Below are positions 8,498 to 17,593 of a stretch of 64,000 bases of DNA, piece by piece. Position 1 is the stretch's first letter, and every line of letters starts with the position of its first letter. The stretch lies in the NCBI GenBank assembly GCA_017456985.1, contig JAFTIH010000031.1:421-64420 (forward strand), given 5' to 3'. This DNA is from Clostridia bacterium (GTDB taxonomy: Bacteria; Bacillota; Clostridia; Oscillospirales; CAG-272). The position numbers and the translations under genes were made by a program. The notes below the pieces were generated by a model, which had not been told where the DNA came from, ran no database searches, and saw only the letters and a program-made list of their open reading frames with translations.

Positions 8498-9052
8498 ATG
8501 GTCGATCTTCTTTCTTTGCAAAAATATTTTATGTTAGAGCATATCCGCGAGGGGGATACCGTCGTTGATTTTACGATGGGGAACGGCAACGATACCCTCT
8601 TTTTAAGCCAAACGGTGGGACAAATGGGTCACGTATATGCGTTTGATATTCAAGAGGAAGCCCTCGTTTCTACAAAAGATCATTTAACCGAGGAGGGGGC
8701 ACCCGAGAACTATACCCTCATTTGCGCCTCTCACCATTTGGTCAAGGACTACGTCAAGGAGCCCATCAAGGCGGGAATGTTTAACCTCGGATACCTGCCG
8801 AGAAGCGGAAGAAAATCGGTCACCACGATGCGAGAAACAACGATGCCCGCCGTCGAGGCGGCGTTAGAGCTTCTTGCGGATGACGGAATTCTTCTCATTG
8901 CCGTTTATCCCGGTCACGAGGAAGGGAACCTAGAGGGACAGATGCTTGCAGAGTATTTTGCGGGGCTCGATCGCCGCAAAATCTGCGTTTCGCGCTTTCA
9001 GATCATAAATTCTCCCACCTCTCCCTATTTCTTCATTGCCGAGAAGAAGTGA
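8498..9052 (+). CDS. mnmM: SAM-dependent methyltransferase of the YtqB/MnmM family
   Basis: DFTMGNGNDTLFL, GHVYAFDIQ, FNLGYLP and VYPGHEEG match my recollection of B. subtilis YtqB. Confidence 0.75.
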   Translation: MVDLLSLQKYFMLEHIREGDTVVDFTMGNGNDTLFLSQTVGQMGHVYAFDIQEEALVSTKDHLTEEGAPENYTLICASHHLVKDYVKEPIKAGMFNLGYLPRSGRKSVTTMRETTMPAVEAALELLADDGILLIAVYPGHEEGNLEGQMLAEYFAGLDRRKICVSRFQIINSPTSPYFFIAEKK

Positions 9053-9082
9053 TGTCGGGTGGCACTCCAAAAACAAGAAAAA

Positions 9083-9107
9083 GACCGCACGTTCGTGCGG
9101 TCTTTTT
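9083..9107. terminator. bidirectional intrinsic terminator
   Basis: GACCGCAC-GTTC-GTGCGGTC flanked by an A-run (5') and a T-run (3'). It lies between convergent genes. Confidence 0.8.
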
Positions 9108-9124
9108 CATTCAGTATGTTTGCA

Positions 9125-9355
9125 TTAGCCCAGCTTTTTTTCCAGGTAGTTTACAACGTCACCAACGGTGATCAGCTCGCGCAGATCTTCGTCGTCAATT
9201 TCGATGTTGAACTTTTCCTCGCAAAGCAGAACGAGGTCAGCAAGCTCGAGCGAGTTGATACCGAGATCGTTGCCAAGGCTGGCTTCCATCGTAATGTCGT
9301 CGGGATTTTCGATGTTGAGCTCGGAAACCAAAAGGTTTTTGATTTCTTCTAACAT
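9125..9355 (-). CDS. stand-alone acyl carrier protein
   Basis: 76 aa, acidic, with an LGINSLELADL phosphopantetheine-serine motif. Confidence 0.85.
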   Translation of the reverse strand: MLEEIKNLLVSELNIENPDDITMEASLGNDLGINSLELADLVLLCEEKFNIEIDDEDLRELITVGDVVNYLEKKLG

Positions 9356-9413
9356 GGGAATGTCCTCCTGTAGATTCCAAAAATTAAGTGACTTTATCGT
9401 AAAAGGTAAGAAA

Positions 9414-11156
9414 TTATTTTACCTTAAAACGCTTGATCTTTCTGGAGCTGGTCTTTTCAAACTCCTCAAACCGTACCTCCGTCTCCGTCATATGCTTGAA
9501 GGAGGGAAGCTTCTTATTTACTGCGGTAACGATATCGCGCAGGATCTCCTCGACCTCCTCGTCGCTCTTGCCGCGAAGCTCCTCGCACTCACGGTTGGGA
9601 ACGACGATCGCGGTGATGACGATCTCGTCGCTGTATTCCTTCTTTCTGCCGAGAACGACAGACTCAAGGATCTCGGGATTTCTGCCGAGGTATTCCTCAA
9701 GCTCCTCGGGGAATACGTTCTTTCCGTTGGAAAGAATGATAACGTTCTTCTTTCTGCCCGTGATATAGATATATCCCTTTTTGTCCATATATCCGATATC
9801 ACCCGTACGGAACCAACCGTCCTCGGTGAAGACAGCCTCCGTTGCCTCGGGGTTCTTGTAGTAACCGAGCATAACGTTTTCGCCTTTGACTAGGATCTCA
9901 CCCGTTTCAAGACCGGGATCGTAGTCGATCTTGACCTCGCAACCGAGCACGGGCGTGCCGACCGAATGGAAGCGCACCTTACCGGGGCGATTGACCGCTA
10001 CGAGGGGAGCGCACTCCGTGATGCCGTAACCCTCAAGAACCGTGATACCGAAATGGTAGAAGTCCTTGATGATCTCGGGGCTGATGGGAGCGCCGCCGCA
10101 AACGATGCTGCGCAAATTACCGCCGAAAGCCGCGGTGATCTTGCCAAAGAGCTTTTCGCGCACGTCAATACCAACGTCAAGCAGTCCTGCGTTGACCTTC
10201 ATCGCGGCGCGAACCTTCTTTTCCATACCCTGCTTGCGGATCTCTGCCCAGATCTTCTTGTGCATCGTCTCAAGGAAGAGCGGCACCATCATCAAGGCGT
10301 TGGGCTTGAATTCCGAAATGTTTTTGAGAACGTGCTTTAAGCTGTCGTTTACCAAAACGGACGCGCCAACGTTCATCAGCGCAAGGTTTCCGCAGGTCAT
10401 CTCATAGGTGTGATGTGCGGGAAGAACGGAAACGAAGGTGTTTTTTGTGTCGTACGACATCGACTGCGCAGAGGAATTAACAGCGGCAGTCAGGTTGTGC
10501 TGCGAGAGCATAACGCCCTTGCTCGTGCCCGTCGTGCCCGAGGTGCAGATGATCGCGCACATCTTCTCCATATCCAGCGTAATGTGCTGATAGCTGTCGT
10601 TTCCTGCGGCAAGCTCGGCGTCCCCCATAGCGAGCAAGTCTGCATAGGTGAGGAAGCGGTCGTCGGGGAAGGGCTCGCCGTCGGGCTGGATCGCCACGAA
10701 ATAACGGATCGAGGGAGCAAGCTCTGCAATTCTCTTGATGTGCTTGTTCATACCTGCCGTATAGAAGAGTGCCTCGGCATCGGTAAATTCGAAAAAGCCG
10801 TTGAGCTCCTCGGGAGCAATATCCTTATCAAGGGGAATGATCACGCCGTTGCCGTTGACAACGGTGAGGTACGTGGTCGTGTATGCGGGATGCACCTCGC
10901 CCATCACGGCGACGTGGCGACCGAGAAGACCGAGCTTGTCAAGCGCCTGACCAAGACGGTTCATATCCTCCCAGATCTGTGCGTGCGTACACATTTTCGT
11001 TTCGCGGTTTTCAATATAATAGTAAAGCGGCTTGTCGCCAAAAACCTCGGCTCCGCTTTTTACAAGGTGTCGAAGATCGGTAATCACTTTAGCAGGGGTT
11101 GCCTGCAGGTTGTTCACCATTCTCAAGACGGAATACCCTCCTTTTTGCATTTCCAA
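9414..11156 (-). CDS. AMP-forming long-chain acyl-CoA/acyl-ACP ligase
   Basis: Adenylation motifs TSGTTGTSKGV, GYGITE and TGDIGYMD..GYIYITGRKK. The start may instead be the internal ATG at 11120. Confidence 0.85.
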   Translation of the reverse strand: MEMQKGGYSVLRMVNNLQATPAKVITDLRHLVKSGAEVFGDKPLYYYIENRETKMCTHAQIWEDMNRLGQALDKLGLLGRHVAVMGEVHPAYTTTYLTVVNGNGVIIPLDKDIAPEELNGFFEFTDAEALFYTAGMNKHIKRIAELAPSIRYFVAIQPDGEPFPDDRFLTYADLLAMGDAELAAGNDSYQHITLDMEKMCAIICTSGTTGTSKGVMLSQHNLTAAVNSSAQSMSYDTKNTFVSVLPAHHTYEMTCGNLALMNVGASVLVNDSLKHVLKNISEFKPNALMMVPLFLETMHKKIWAEIRKQGMEKKVRAAMKVNAGLLDVGIDVREKLFGKITAAFGGNLRSIVCGGAPISPEIIKDFYHFGITVLEGYGITECAPLVAVNRPGKVRFHSVGTPVLGCEVKIDYDPGLETGEILVKGENVMLGYYKNPEATEAVFTEDGWFRTGDIGYMDKKGYIYITGRKKNVIILSNGKNVFPEELEEYLGRNPEILESVVLGRKKEYSDEIVITAIVVPNRECEELRGKSDEEVEEILRDIVTAVNKKLPSFKHMTETEVRFEEFEKTSSRKIKRFKVK

Positions 11157-11271
11157 AATAAAATACTAATTCATTATACACGAAAAACACTTTTTTGTCA
11201 AGTATTATTTTTATTGGCATAATATGAAAAAAACAAGGAGATAATAAGATCGTTTTTTATGGAAAAAAGGA

Positions 11272-11301
11272 TTGACTTTTTATGGGAAGATGTGATACAA
11301 T
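11272..11301 (+). promoter_or_regulatory. sigma-A promoter with extended -10 upstream of nfeD-like gene
   Basis: TTGACT (11272-11277), an 18-nt spacer, then TGaTACAAT (-10 hexamer at 11296-11301). Confidence 0.6.
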
Positions 11302-11346
11302 ATATAGCGGTCGTTTTAGTTTATGTAGAAGTTCGGAGGAAAATAC

Positions 11347-11775
11347 ATGGAGTATATTTGGCTTGCCCTGCTTGTGCTTTCAGCGCTGATCGAAGCACTC
11401 ACGGTCAAGATCCTTTTTGCCGTTTTCGTTCCTGCGTCGCTCGTTGCGATGATCCTTGCGTTTTGTAACGTTTCCCCCTGGATCCAGCTGGCTGTCTTTG
11501 CCGCGCTTACCGTCATCGGCTTTCTTTTCCGTCCCCTTGCCAAACGGCTTTTGCCCGTCAAGGAAGCACAGCCTTATACCGTAGAAGCGGCGATCGGCAC
11601 GCGCTCCGTTGTGGTCGAACGCCTTGATAATCTTGCGGGACGAGGCGCGATCACGGTGTTTGGTATGGAGTGGGCGGCAAGAACCGTTTCGGACGACGTC
11701 GTGCTGGAAGCGGGAACGGAAGTAGAGATCATTGCCGTAGAGGGCGTAAAATTTATTTGCCGCGCCGTCTTGTGA
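11347..11775 (+). CDS. NfeD-family membrane protein (short form)
   Basis: 142 aa with 2-3 N-terminal TM segments and a C-terminal OB-like beta domain (GRGAITVFGMEWAAR...EVEIIAVEG). Confidence 0.75.
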   Translation: MEYIWLALLVLSALIEALTVKILFAVFVPASLVAMILAFCNVSPWIQLAVFAALTVIGFLFRPLAKRLLPVKEAQPYTVEAAIGTRSVVVERLDNLAGRGAITVFGMEWAARTVSDDVVLEAGTEVEIIAVEGVKFICRAVL

Positions 11776-11843
11776 AGAAAAAGGGGTTTGGAGCCCTTTT
11801 TTCTTTTGACTTTAAAAAATGTAATCGAATTTATATAAATCGC

Positions 11844-11872
11844 TTGACAAATTATATTTCCGCGTGTATAAT
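11844..11872 (+). promoter_or_regulatory. consensus sigma-A promoter for the RHH gene (and probably clpB)
   Basis: TTGACA (11844-11849), a 17-nt spacer, then TATAAT (11867-11872). The perfect 12-nt palindrome ATTTATATAAAT (11829-11840) lies just upstream of the -35 (3 nt gap). Confidence 0.75.
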
Positions 11873-11900
11873 GTATATGGAAACCGTTTAGGAGGGCAAA

Positions 11901-12542
11901 ATGAAAAAGAACAACTATTGCTTGATGCTATCCGAGGAGGTCGTGGCGGCGATCGACGCCCGCGCCAGCAGAGAGGGAACCAATCGCTCTGCTTTGATCA
12001 ATCGCATTTTGGCGGAATACGTGTCTTACGTGACGCCCGAAATGCGTGTGCGGGAGATCTTAACGAGCGCGCGCGACGCTTTGCATCTTGCCTTCCGCAG
12101 GGAAGCGGAAAGCGATACGGCGCTCGCGCTTTGCTCCTCGCTTGCTTACCGTTACAATCCCACGGTGCGCTATACGCTTGATTTTGACCGCTCTGCCAAT
12201 ACGCTTGGCGTTTTGCGGGTATCGCTGCGCACCAAGAACCAAGTCCTGATCGCGATGCTTTATCGCTTTTTCGAACTGTTTGCCCGACTGGAAGGAGAAT
12301 ACGTCGGCAACTGTGAATACACCGTCGGCGAAGGGCGCTTCTCGCGCGTTTTGCGCTTGCGTGACGAAGGCAACACGATGCTGACGCTTGAAGGGATCGG
12401 CTCGCTCGTTGCCGATTATCTTACGATGCTTGATAACGCGATGAAGGCGTATTTCCGCTATGCACCGAGAGAACACGAGGCGTTCCTCGCGATGGGGGCG
12501 ATCTATCGCTCCTATCTTGCGGGCGCTGCGGCGCTCGTGTAG
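11901..12542 (+). CDS. ribbon-helix-helix (CopG-like) N-terminal domain protein with an uncharacterised ~165-aa C-terminal domain
   Basis: LMLSEEVVAAIDARASREGTNRSALINRILAEYV fits a beta-alpha-alpha RHH pattern. GGAGGG SD is present and the gene ends in TAG. Confidence 0.6.
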   Translation: MKKNNYCLMLSEEVVAAIDARASREGTNRSALINRILAEYVSYVTPEMRVREILTSARDALHLAFRREAESDTALALCSSLAYRYNPTVRYTLDFDRSANTLGVLRVSLRTKNQVLIAMLYRFFELFARLEGEYVGNCEYTVGEGRFSRVLRLRDEGNTMLTLEGIGSLVADYLTMLDNAMKAYFRYAPREHEAFLAMGAIYRSYLAGAAALV

Positions 12543-12586
12543 CGCGCGTGGCGTGAGCGAATTTTTACAGAAAGGAAGAGAGGATT

Positions 12587-15172
12587 ATGAATTTACAAAA
12601 TATGACGCAAAAAAGCGTGGATGCCGTCCGCAGTGCGCAACGGATCGCGACCGACCACGGCAACCAGGAACTGCGCGAGGAGCATCTGCTTCTTTCGCTT
12701 TTGACCCAGGAGGGGGGACTCATCCCCTCACTGATGGAAAAGATCGGCGCGGACGTAGTCAGAATGCGTGCGGATGCCGAGGCGCTGATCGGCAAGCTTC
12801 CTAAGATCGCGGGTGCCAGCGCCGATAGAATCTATCTTTCGGGCGACCTTGACCGTGCCGTTAACCGTGCCGAGTCCGAGGCGGGCAAAATGAAGGATGC
12901 CTACGTGTCTGTGGAGCATTTGCTGCTTGGACTTCTTTTGGAGCCGAACGCCGCCTTAAAGCAGCTCTTTAAGGACCACGCTATCACCGAGCACGCCGTT
13001 TTGGATGCGCTTCGCACGGTGCGCGGCGGCAGAAGCGTGCAAACGGAGAACCCCGAAGAAACGTACGAGGCATTAAAAAAGTACGGACAGGACCTAACGG
13101 CGCTTGCCCGAACGCAGAAGCTTGAGCCCGTGATCGGCAGAGATGAGGAGATCCGGAACGTCATCCGCATTTTGTCCCGCAAGAGCAAAAATAACCCTTG
13201 TTTGATCGGTGAGCCGGGCGTCGGTAAAACGGCGATCGCCGAGGGGCTTGCGCTTCGTATCGCACGGGGCGACGTTCCCGAGAACTTGAAGAACAAAACG
13301 CTCTTTTCGCTGGATATGGGTGCCTTGATCGCGGGTGCAAAGTACCGCGGCGAATTTGAAGAGCGCTTAAAGGCGGTGCTTGACGAGATTAAGAACGCCG
13401 CGGGCGAGATCCTTCTGTTTATCGACGAGCTGCACACCATCGTCGGCGCGGGTAAAAGTGACGGTGCTATGGATGCGGGCAATCTTTTAAAGCCGCTTCT
13501 CGCACGCGGCGAGCTCCACTGCATCGGCGCGACGACGCTGGACGAATACCGCAAGTATATCGAGAAGGATAAGGCGCTTGAGCGCCGCTTCCAGCCCGTT
13601 ATGGTCGCGGAGCCCAGCGTAGAGGACACCATATCCATTCTGCGCGGCATCAAGGAGCGCTACGAGGTGTTCCACGGTGTCAAGATTCAGGATGCCGCCC
13701 TGCTTGCGGCGGCAATTCTTTCCGACCGCTATATCACCGACCGCTTCTTGCCCGATAAGGCGATCGACCTCGTCGATGAGGCGTGTGCCGTGATCCGCAC
13801 CGAGATGAATTCGATGCCCACCGAGCTTGACGAGATCTCGCGCAAGATCATGCAGGCAGAGATCGAGGTGCTGGCGCTCAAAAAGGAAACGGATAAGCTT
13901 TCGGCAGAGCGCCTTGCCGTAATCGAGGCGGAGCTCGCCGAGCTTCGTGCTACCTTTGCAGAAATGAAGGCACGCTGGGAAAACGAGAAAAATTCCATCG
14001 GCGCAGGACAAAAGATCCGTGAGGAGATCGAGCGCGTCAAGGCACAGATCGAGGCGGCGACGGCAAAGGGTGATTGGGAAAAGGCGGCAGAATTAAAGTA
14101 CGGAACCCTTCCGACGCTCACCAAGTCGCTGGAAGAGGCGGAAGCAAAGGCGGAAAGCAAGACGGAAAACACGCTTTTGCGCGACAAGGTCACCGAGGAG
14201 GAGATCGCCCGCATCGTCGGCAGATGGACGGGGATTCCCGTATCCAAGCTGATGGAGGGAGAGCGCGAAAAGCTCTTACGCCTGCCCGAGATCCTGCATC
14301 GCCGCGTGATCGGTCAGGAAGAAGCCGTCACGGGCGTTTCCAACGCCATTTTGCGCTCGCGTGCGGGCATTCGTGACGTGCGCCGTCCCGTCGGCTCCTT
14401 CTTGTTCTTAGGTCCCACGGGCGTTGGAAAAACCGAGCTTGCCAAGGCGCTTGCCGAAGCCCTCTTTGACGACGAAGGCGCGATGGTGCGCATCGATATG
14501 AGCGAATATATGGAAAAGCACGCCGTGTCCCGTCTGATCGGCGCCCCTCCCGGATATATCGGATACGACGAGGGCGGTCAGTTGACCGAGGCAGTGCGCC
14601 GCCGTCCCTATTCCGTCGTCCTCTTCGACGAGGTGGAGAAGGCACATCCCGACGTCTTCCACGTGCTGCTCCAGGTGCTTGACGACGGGCGGATCACCGA
14701 TAGCCAAGGACGCACGGTCGATTTTAAGAATACCGTTCTGATCCTCACCTCTAACCTCGGCTCGGATCTGATCCTTGACGGTATTGAAAACGGGGAGATC
14801 TCTCCCGCCGCCCGCGAGGGCGTGACGGCGCTTTTGCGTCGCTCCTTCCGTCCCGAGTTTCTCAACCGTCTTGACGACATTATCTTCTATAAGCCCTTGA
14901 CCAAGGAGAACATCGTCGCGATCTTGGATCTGCTGACGAAGGACCTGGGCGCCCGTATGAAAGAGAAAAATCTGCACCTCGTCTTGACGGATGCGGCGAA
15001 GGCGTTCATTATCGAGCGCGGCTTTGACCCCGCGTACGGCGCGCGCCCCTTGAAGCGCTTTTTGAGCGCCAACGTGGAAACGCTCGTTGCACGCTATATC
15101 ATTGAAAAGGATCCCGCTCCCGACCAAACGCTTACCGTTGATTTGGCGGACGGTACGCTTACGGTGCGCTAA
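12587..15172 (+). CDS. clpB: ATP-dependent chaperone/disaggregase ClpB
   Basis: 861 aa with two AAA+ modules (GEPGVGKT and GPTGVGKT Walker A motifs), a middle coiled-coil and a Clp N-domain. Confidence 0.95.
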   Translation: MNLQNMTQKSVDAVRSAQRIATDHGNQELREEHLLLSLLTQEGGLIPSLMEKIGADVVRMRADAEALIGKLPKIAGASADRIYLSGDLDRAVNRAESEAGKMKDAYVSVEHLLLGLLLEPNAALKQLFKDHAITEHAVLDALRTVRGGRSVQTENPEETYEALKKYGQDLTALARTQKLEPVIGRDEEIRNVIRILSRKSKNNPCLIGEPGVGKTAIAEGLALRIARGDVPENLKNKTLFSLDMGALIAGAKYRGEFEERLKAVLDEIKNAAGEILLFIDELHTIVGAGKSDGAMDAGNLLKPLLARGELHCIGATTLDEYRKYIEKDKALERRFQPVMVAEPSVEDTISILRGIKERYEVFHGVKIQDAALLAAAILSDRYITDRFLPDKAIDLVDEACAVIRTEMNSMPTELDEISRKIMQAEIEVLALKKETDKLSAERLAVIEAELAELRATFAEMKARWENEKNSIGAGQKIREEIERVKAQIEAATAKGDWEKAAELKYGTLPTLTKSLEEAEAKAESKTENTLLRDKVTEEEIARIVGRWTGIPVSKLMEGEREKLLRLPEILHRRVIGQEEAVTGVSNAILRSRAGIRDVRRPVGSFLFLGPTGVGKTELAKALAEALFDDEGAMVRIDMSEYMEKHAVSRLIGAPPGYIGYDEGGQLTEAVRRRPYSVVLFDEVEKAHPDVFHVLLQVLDDGRITDSQGRTVDFKNTVLILTSNLGSDLILDGIENGEISPAAREGVTALLRRSFRPEFLNRLDDIIFYKPLTKENIVAILDLLTKDLGARMKEKNLHLVLTDAAKAFIIERGFDPAYGARPLKRFLSANVETLVARYIIEKDPAPDQTLTVDLADGTLTVR

Positions 15173-15183
15173 ACGTAAAAATT

Positions 15184-15208
15184 CACCCGCGAAAAACCTT
15201 CGCGGGTG
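15184..15208 (+). terminator. terminator hairpin after clpB
   Basis: CACCCGCG-AAAAACCTT-CGCGGGTG followed by TTGACTTTTTT. Confidence 0.7.
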
Positions 15209-15237
15209 TTGACTTTTTTCTTCAAGAGGTATATAAT
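15209..15237 (+). promoter_or_regulatory. sigma-A promoter of the G3E GTPase pair
   Basis: TTGACT (15209-15214), a 17-nt spacer, then TATAAT (15232-15237). Confidence 0.7.
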
Positions 15238-15274
15238 ATCTATTTGGAAAACAAAACGCAAGGAGAACGAAGAT

Positions 15275-16480
15275 ATGACGAAGATCGATATTTTTTCCGG
15301 CTTTCTCGGCGCAGGAAAGACCACGCTGATAAAAAAGCTGATCACGGAGGCATATGCGGGCGAAAAGCTCGTTTTGATCGAAAATGAATTCGGTGAGATC
15401 GGCATTGACGGCGGCTTTTTACAGGACGCGGGCATCCGTATCAACGAAATGAATTCGGGATGCATCTGCTGCTCGCTCGTTGGCGATTTCGGCAGAGCGC
15501 TCACCAAGGTTCTTGACGAATATCACCCCGACCGCATTCTCATCGAGCCCTCGGGCGTCGGTAAGCTTTCCGACGTGATCCGTGCGGTGCAGGGAATTGA
15601 GGCAAAGGACGCCGTGCTAAACTCCTTTACCACGATCGTTGACGCCGCAAAATGCAAAATGTACCGTAAGAACTTCGGAGAGTTCTTCTGCGACCAGATC
15701 GAAAACGCAGGCGCCATCGTTCTCAGCCACCAGGGAAAGCTTTCGGAAGAAAAGCTTGCCGATGCTCTTGCCCTGATCAAAGAGCTCAATCCTACCGCTA
15801 CGGTCGTGACGACGCCGTGGGATGAGCTTGACGGGGGGACGATCCTCGCCGCAATGGAGCGCACCGACACGATGGAGGCAGAGCTGTCCCGCTTGAAGGA
15901 AGAGCACGAGCACCATCATCACGACCACGAACACCACCATCACGACGAGTGCGACGATCCCGACTGCTCCTGCCATCATCACGACCACGAGCATGAGCAT
16001 CATCACGAGCACGAAGAGTGCGACGATCCCGATTGCTCCTGCCACGACCACCACGAGCATCACCACCACGATCACGAGCACGAACATCACCACGAGCATC
16101 ACCATCACGACCACGAACACCATCATCACGACCATGATACGTGTGACGACCCCCACTGCTCTTGCCATCACCATCATCACCACCACGCCGACGAGGTCTT
16201 TACAGCGTACGGCGCAGAGGGAACCCGCAGCTATACCGAGGAAGAGATCACGCACGTCCTCAACCTGCTTTCCGCTGACAGCGAAACCTACGGACTCGTT
16301 CTTCGCGCCAAGGGCATCGTGCCGAGCACGGACGGTAAGTGGATCCACTTCGACTACGTTCCTGACGAGGGTGACGTGCGCTTGGGTGCCGCCGCCGTTA
16401 CGGGGCGCCTTTGCGTGATCGGATCGAATATGGACAAGCACGCGTTAGAAGAGCTTTTCGGCGTGCATCTGAAAGGATAA
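15275..16480 (+). CDS. COG0523/CobW-type G3E GTPase metallochaperone with a giant His/Cys-rich insert
   Basis: ATG at 15275 follows an AAGGAG SD. Motifs are GFLGAGKTTL (Walker A), GCICCS (the CxCC metal motif) and EPSGVG. A 96-aa insert at 15899-16186 precedes the CobW_C-like end. Confidence 0.85.
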   Translation: MTKIDIFSGFLGAGKTTLIKKLITEAYAGEKLVLIENEFGEIGIDGGFLQDAGIRINEMNSGCICCSLVGDFGRALTKVLDEYHPDRILIEPSGVGKLSDVIRAVQGIEAKDAVLNSFTTIVDAAKCKMYRKNFGEFFCDQIENAGAIVLSHQGKLSEEKLADALALIKELNPTATVVTTPWDELDGGTILAAMERTDTMEAELSRLKEEHEHHHHDHEHHHHDECDDPDCSCHHHDHEHEHHHEHEECDDPDCSCHDHHEHHHHDHEHEHHHEHHHHDHEHHHHDHDTCDDPHCSCHHHHHHHADEVFTAYGAEGTRSYTEEEITHVLNLLSADSETYGLVLRAKGIVPSTDGKWIHFDYVPDEGDVRLGAAAVTGRLCVIGSNMDKHALEELFGVHLKG

Positions 16481-16483
16481 GAT

Positions 16484-17437
16484 ATGGCAAACAAAAAGGA
16501 AATTCCCGTTTATTTGTTTACAGGGTTCCTCGAATCGGGTAAGACCCGCTTGATCCAGGAAACGATGGAGGACGAGCGCTTCAACGCGGGCGAAAGCACG
16601 CTGATCCTTCTTTGCGAGGAGGGGGTCGAGGAGCTGGATCTTTCCCGGTTCCCGCACAAAAACGTTTTTTTACAGACGGTAGAGAGCGAAGAAGAGCTGA
16701 CGAAGGCGAACCTTGCGGCGTATGCCGAAAAGGCAAAGGCGGAGCGCGTCGTCGTCGAGTACAACGGTATGTGGATGCTCGATCTGCTTTATAACGCCCT
16801 TCCCGAAAACTGGCTCGTTTATCAGGAGTTTATGCTCGCGGACGCCACGACCTTCCTTACCTATAACGCCAATATGCGTCAGCTGACGGTGGATAAGCTC
16901 CAGTCCTGTGAGGTCATCGTCTTTAACCGCTATCACGACGGAATCGACAAAAACGAGCTTCACAAGATCGTGCGCGGCTCCACGCGCAAGGCGGCGATCG
17001 GGTACGAGTATAAGGACGGAAGCTTTGAGCAGGACACCATTGAGGACCCGCTTCCGTACGATCTTTCTGCCGACATCGTCGTCATCCGCGATGAGGACTA
17101 CGCCTTCTTCTATCGCGATCTTTCCGAGGAGATGGAAAAATACGTGGGAAAGACGCTCTGCTTCAAGGGCATCGTCGCGCGCGACAAGAGCCTTCCCGAT
17201 ACGCAGTTCGTCGTCGGCAGGCACGTGATGACCTGCTGTGAGGCGGATATTACCTACCGCGCGCTTGCCGTAAAGGCAAAGGAGCGCGTACCGCTCGCTA
17301 CGCGCGATTGGGTCACGGTAACGGGACGCATCGTTCTCGAATACCATAAGATCTACCGTATGAAGGGCCCCGTGCTTGAAATGATCTCCTGCGATTATGC
17401 AAGCAAGCCCGAAAAGGAAGTCGCAACCTTCTTTTAA
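16484..17437 (+). CDS. degenerate G3E-like N-domain fused to a DUF1980/TIGR03943-like C-domain
   Basis: GFLESGKT P-loop, with LLCEEG in place of the CxCC motif. The C-terminus FVVGRHVMTCCEADITYRALAV resembles the CCxxD core of the YcgQ/DUF1980 family. The gene starts 4 nt after the upstream gene's stop. Confidence 0.65.
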   Translation: MANKKEIPVYLFTGFLESGKTRLIQETMEDERFNAGESTLILLCEEGVEELDLSRFPHKNVFLQTVESEEELTKANLAAYAEKAKAERVVVEYNGMWMLDLLYNALPENWLVYQEFMLADATTFLTYNANMRQLTVDKLQSCEVIVFNRYHDGIDKNELHKIVRGSTRKAAIGYEYKDGSFEQDTIEDPLPYDLSADIVVIRDEDYAFFYRDLSEEMEKYVGKTLCFKGIVARDKSLPDTQFVVGRHVMTCCEADITYRALAVKAKERVPLATRDWVTVTGRIVLEYHKIYRMKGPVLEMISCDYASKPEKEVATFF

Positions 17438-17446
17438 TTCTTTTAA

Positions 17447-17475
17447 CTGCCCGCCTTCAAGCGGGCAGTTTTTTT
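17447..17475 (+). terminator. intrinsic terminator of the G3E operon
   Basis: CTGCCCGC-CTTCAA-GCGGGCAG followed by TTTTTTT. Confidence 0.85.
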
Positions 17476-17593
17476 GCACAAAAGCGTTTTCGTGAACAAA
17501 ATCGACTTTTTTGTAGATACGCCTTGCGTTTGCTTGTTTTGTGTGTTATGATAAAGAAAACCGCCGCTTGTATGGCGTAAACGGAGGCTTTTT

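Noticed and set aside
11776-12586. CtsR box or CIRCE element upstream of clpB (also checked at 43259-43345 upstream of clpP)
   Set aside because: Reading by eye, I found no GGTCAAA-type tandem heptads and no TTAGCACTC-N9-GAGTGCTAA inverted repeat. A formal motif scan is still advisable.
15617-16441. 274-aa minus-strand ORF with long Val/Met runs that mimic TM helices
   Set aside because: It is the reverse complement of the CAC/CAT/GAC/GAG His-Asp-Glu codon repeats of the G3E GTPase insert, so it is a composition artefact.
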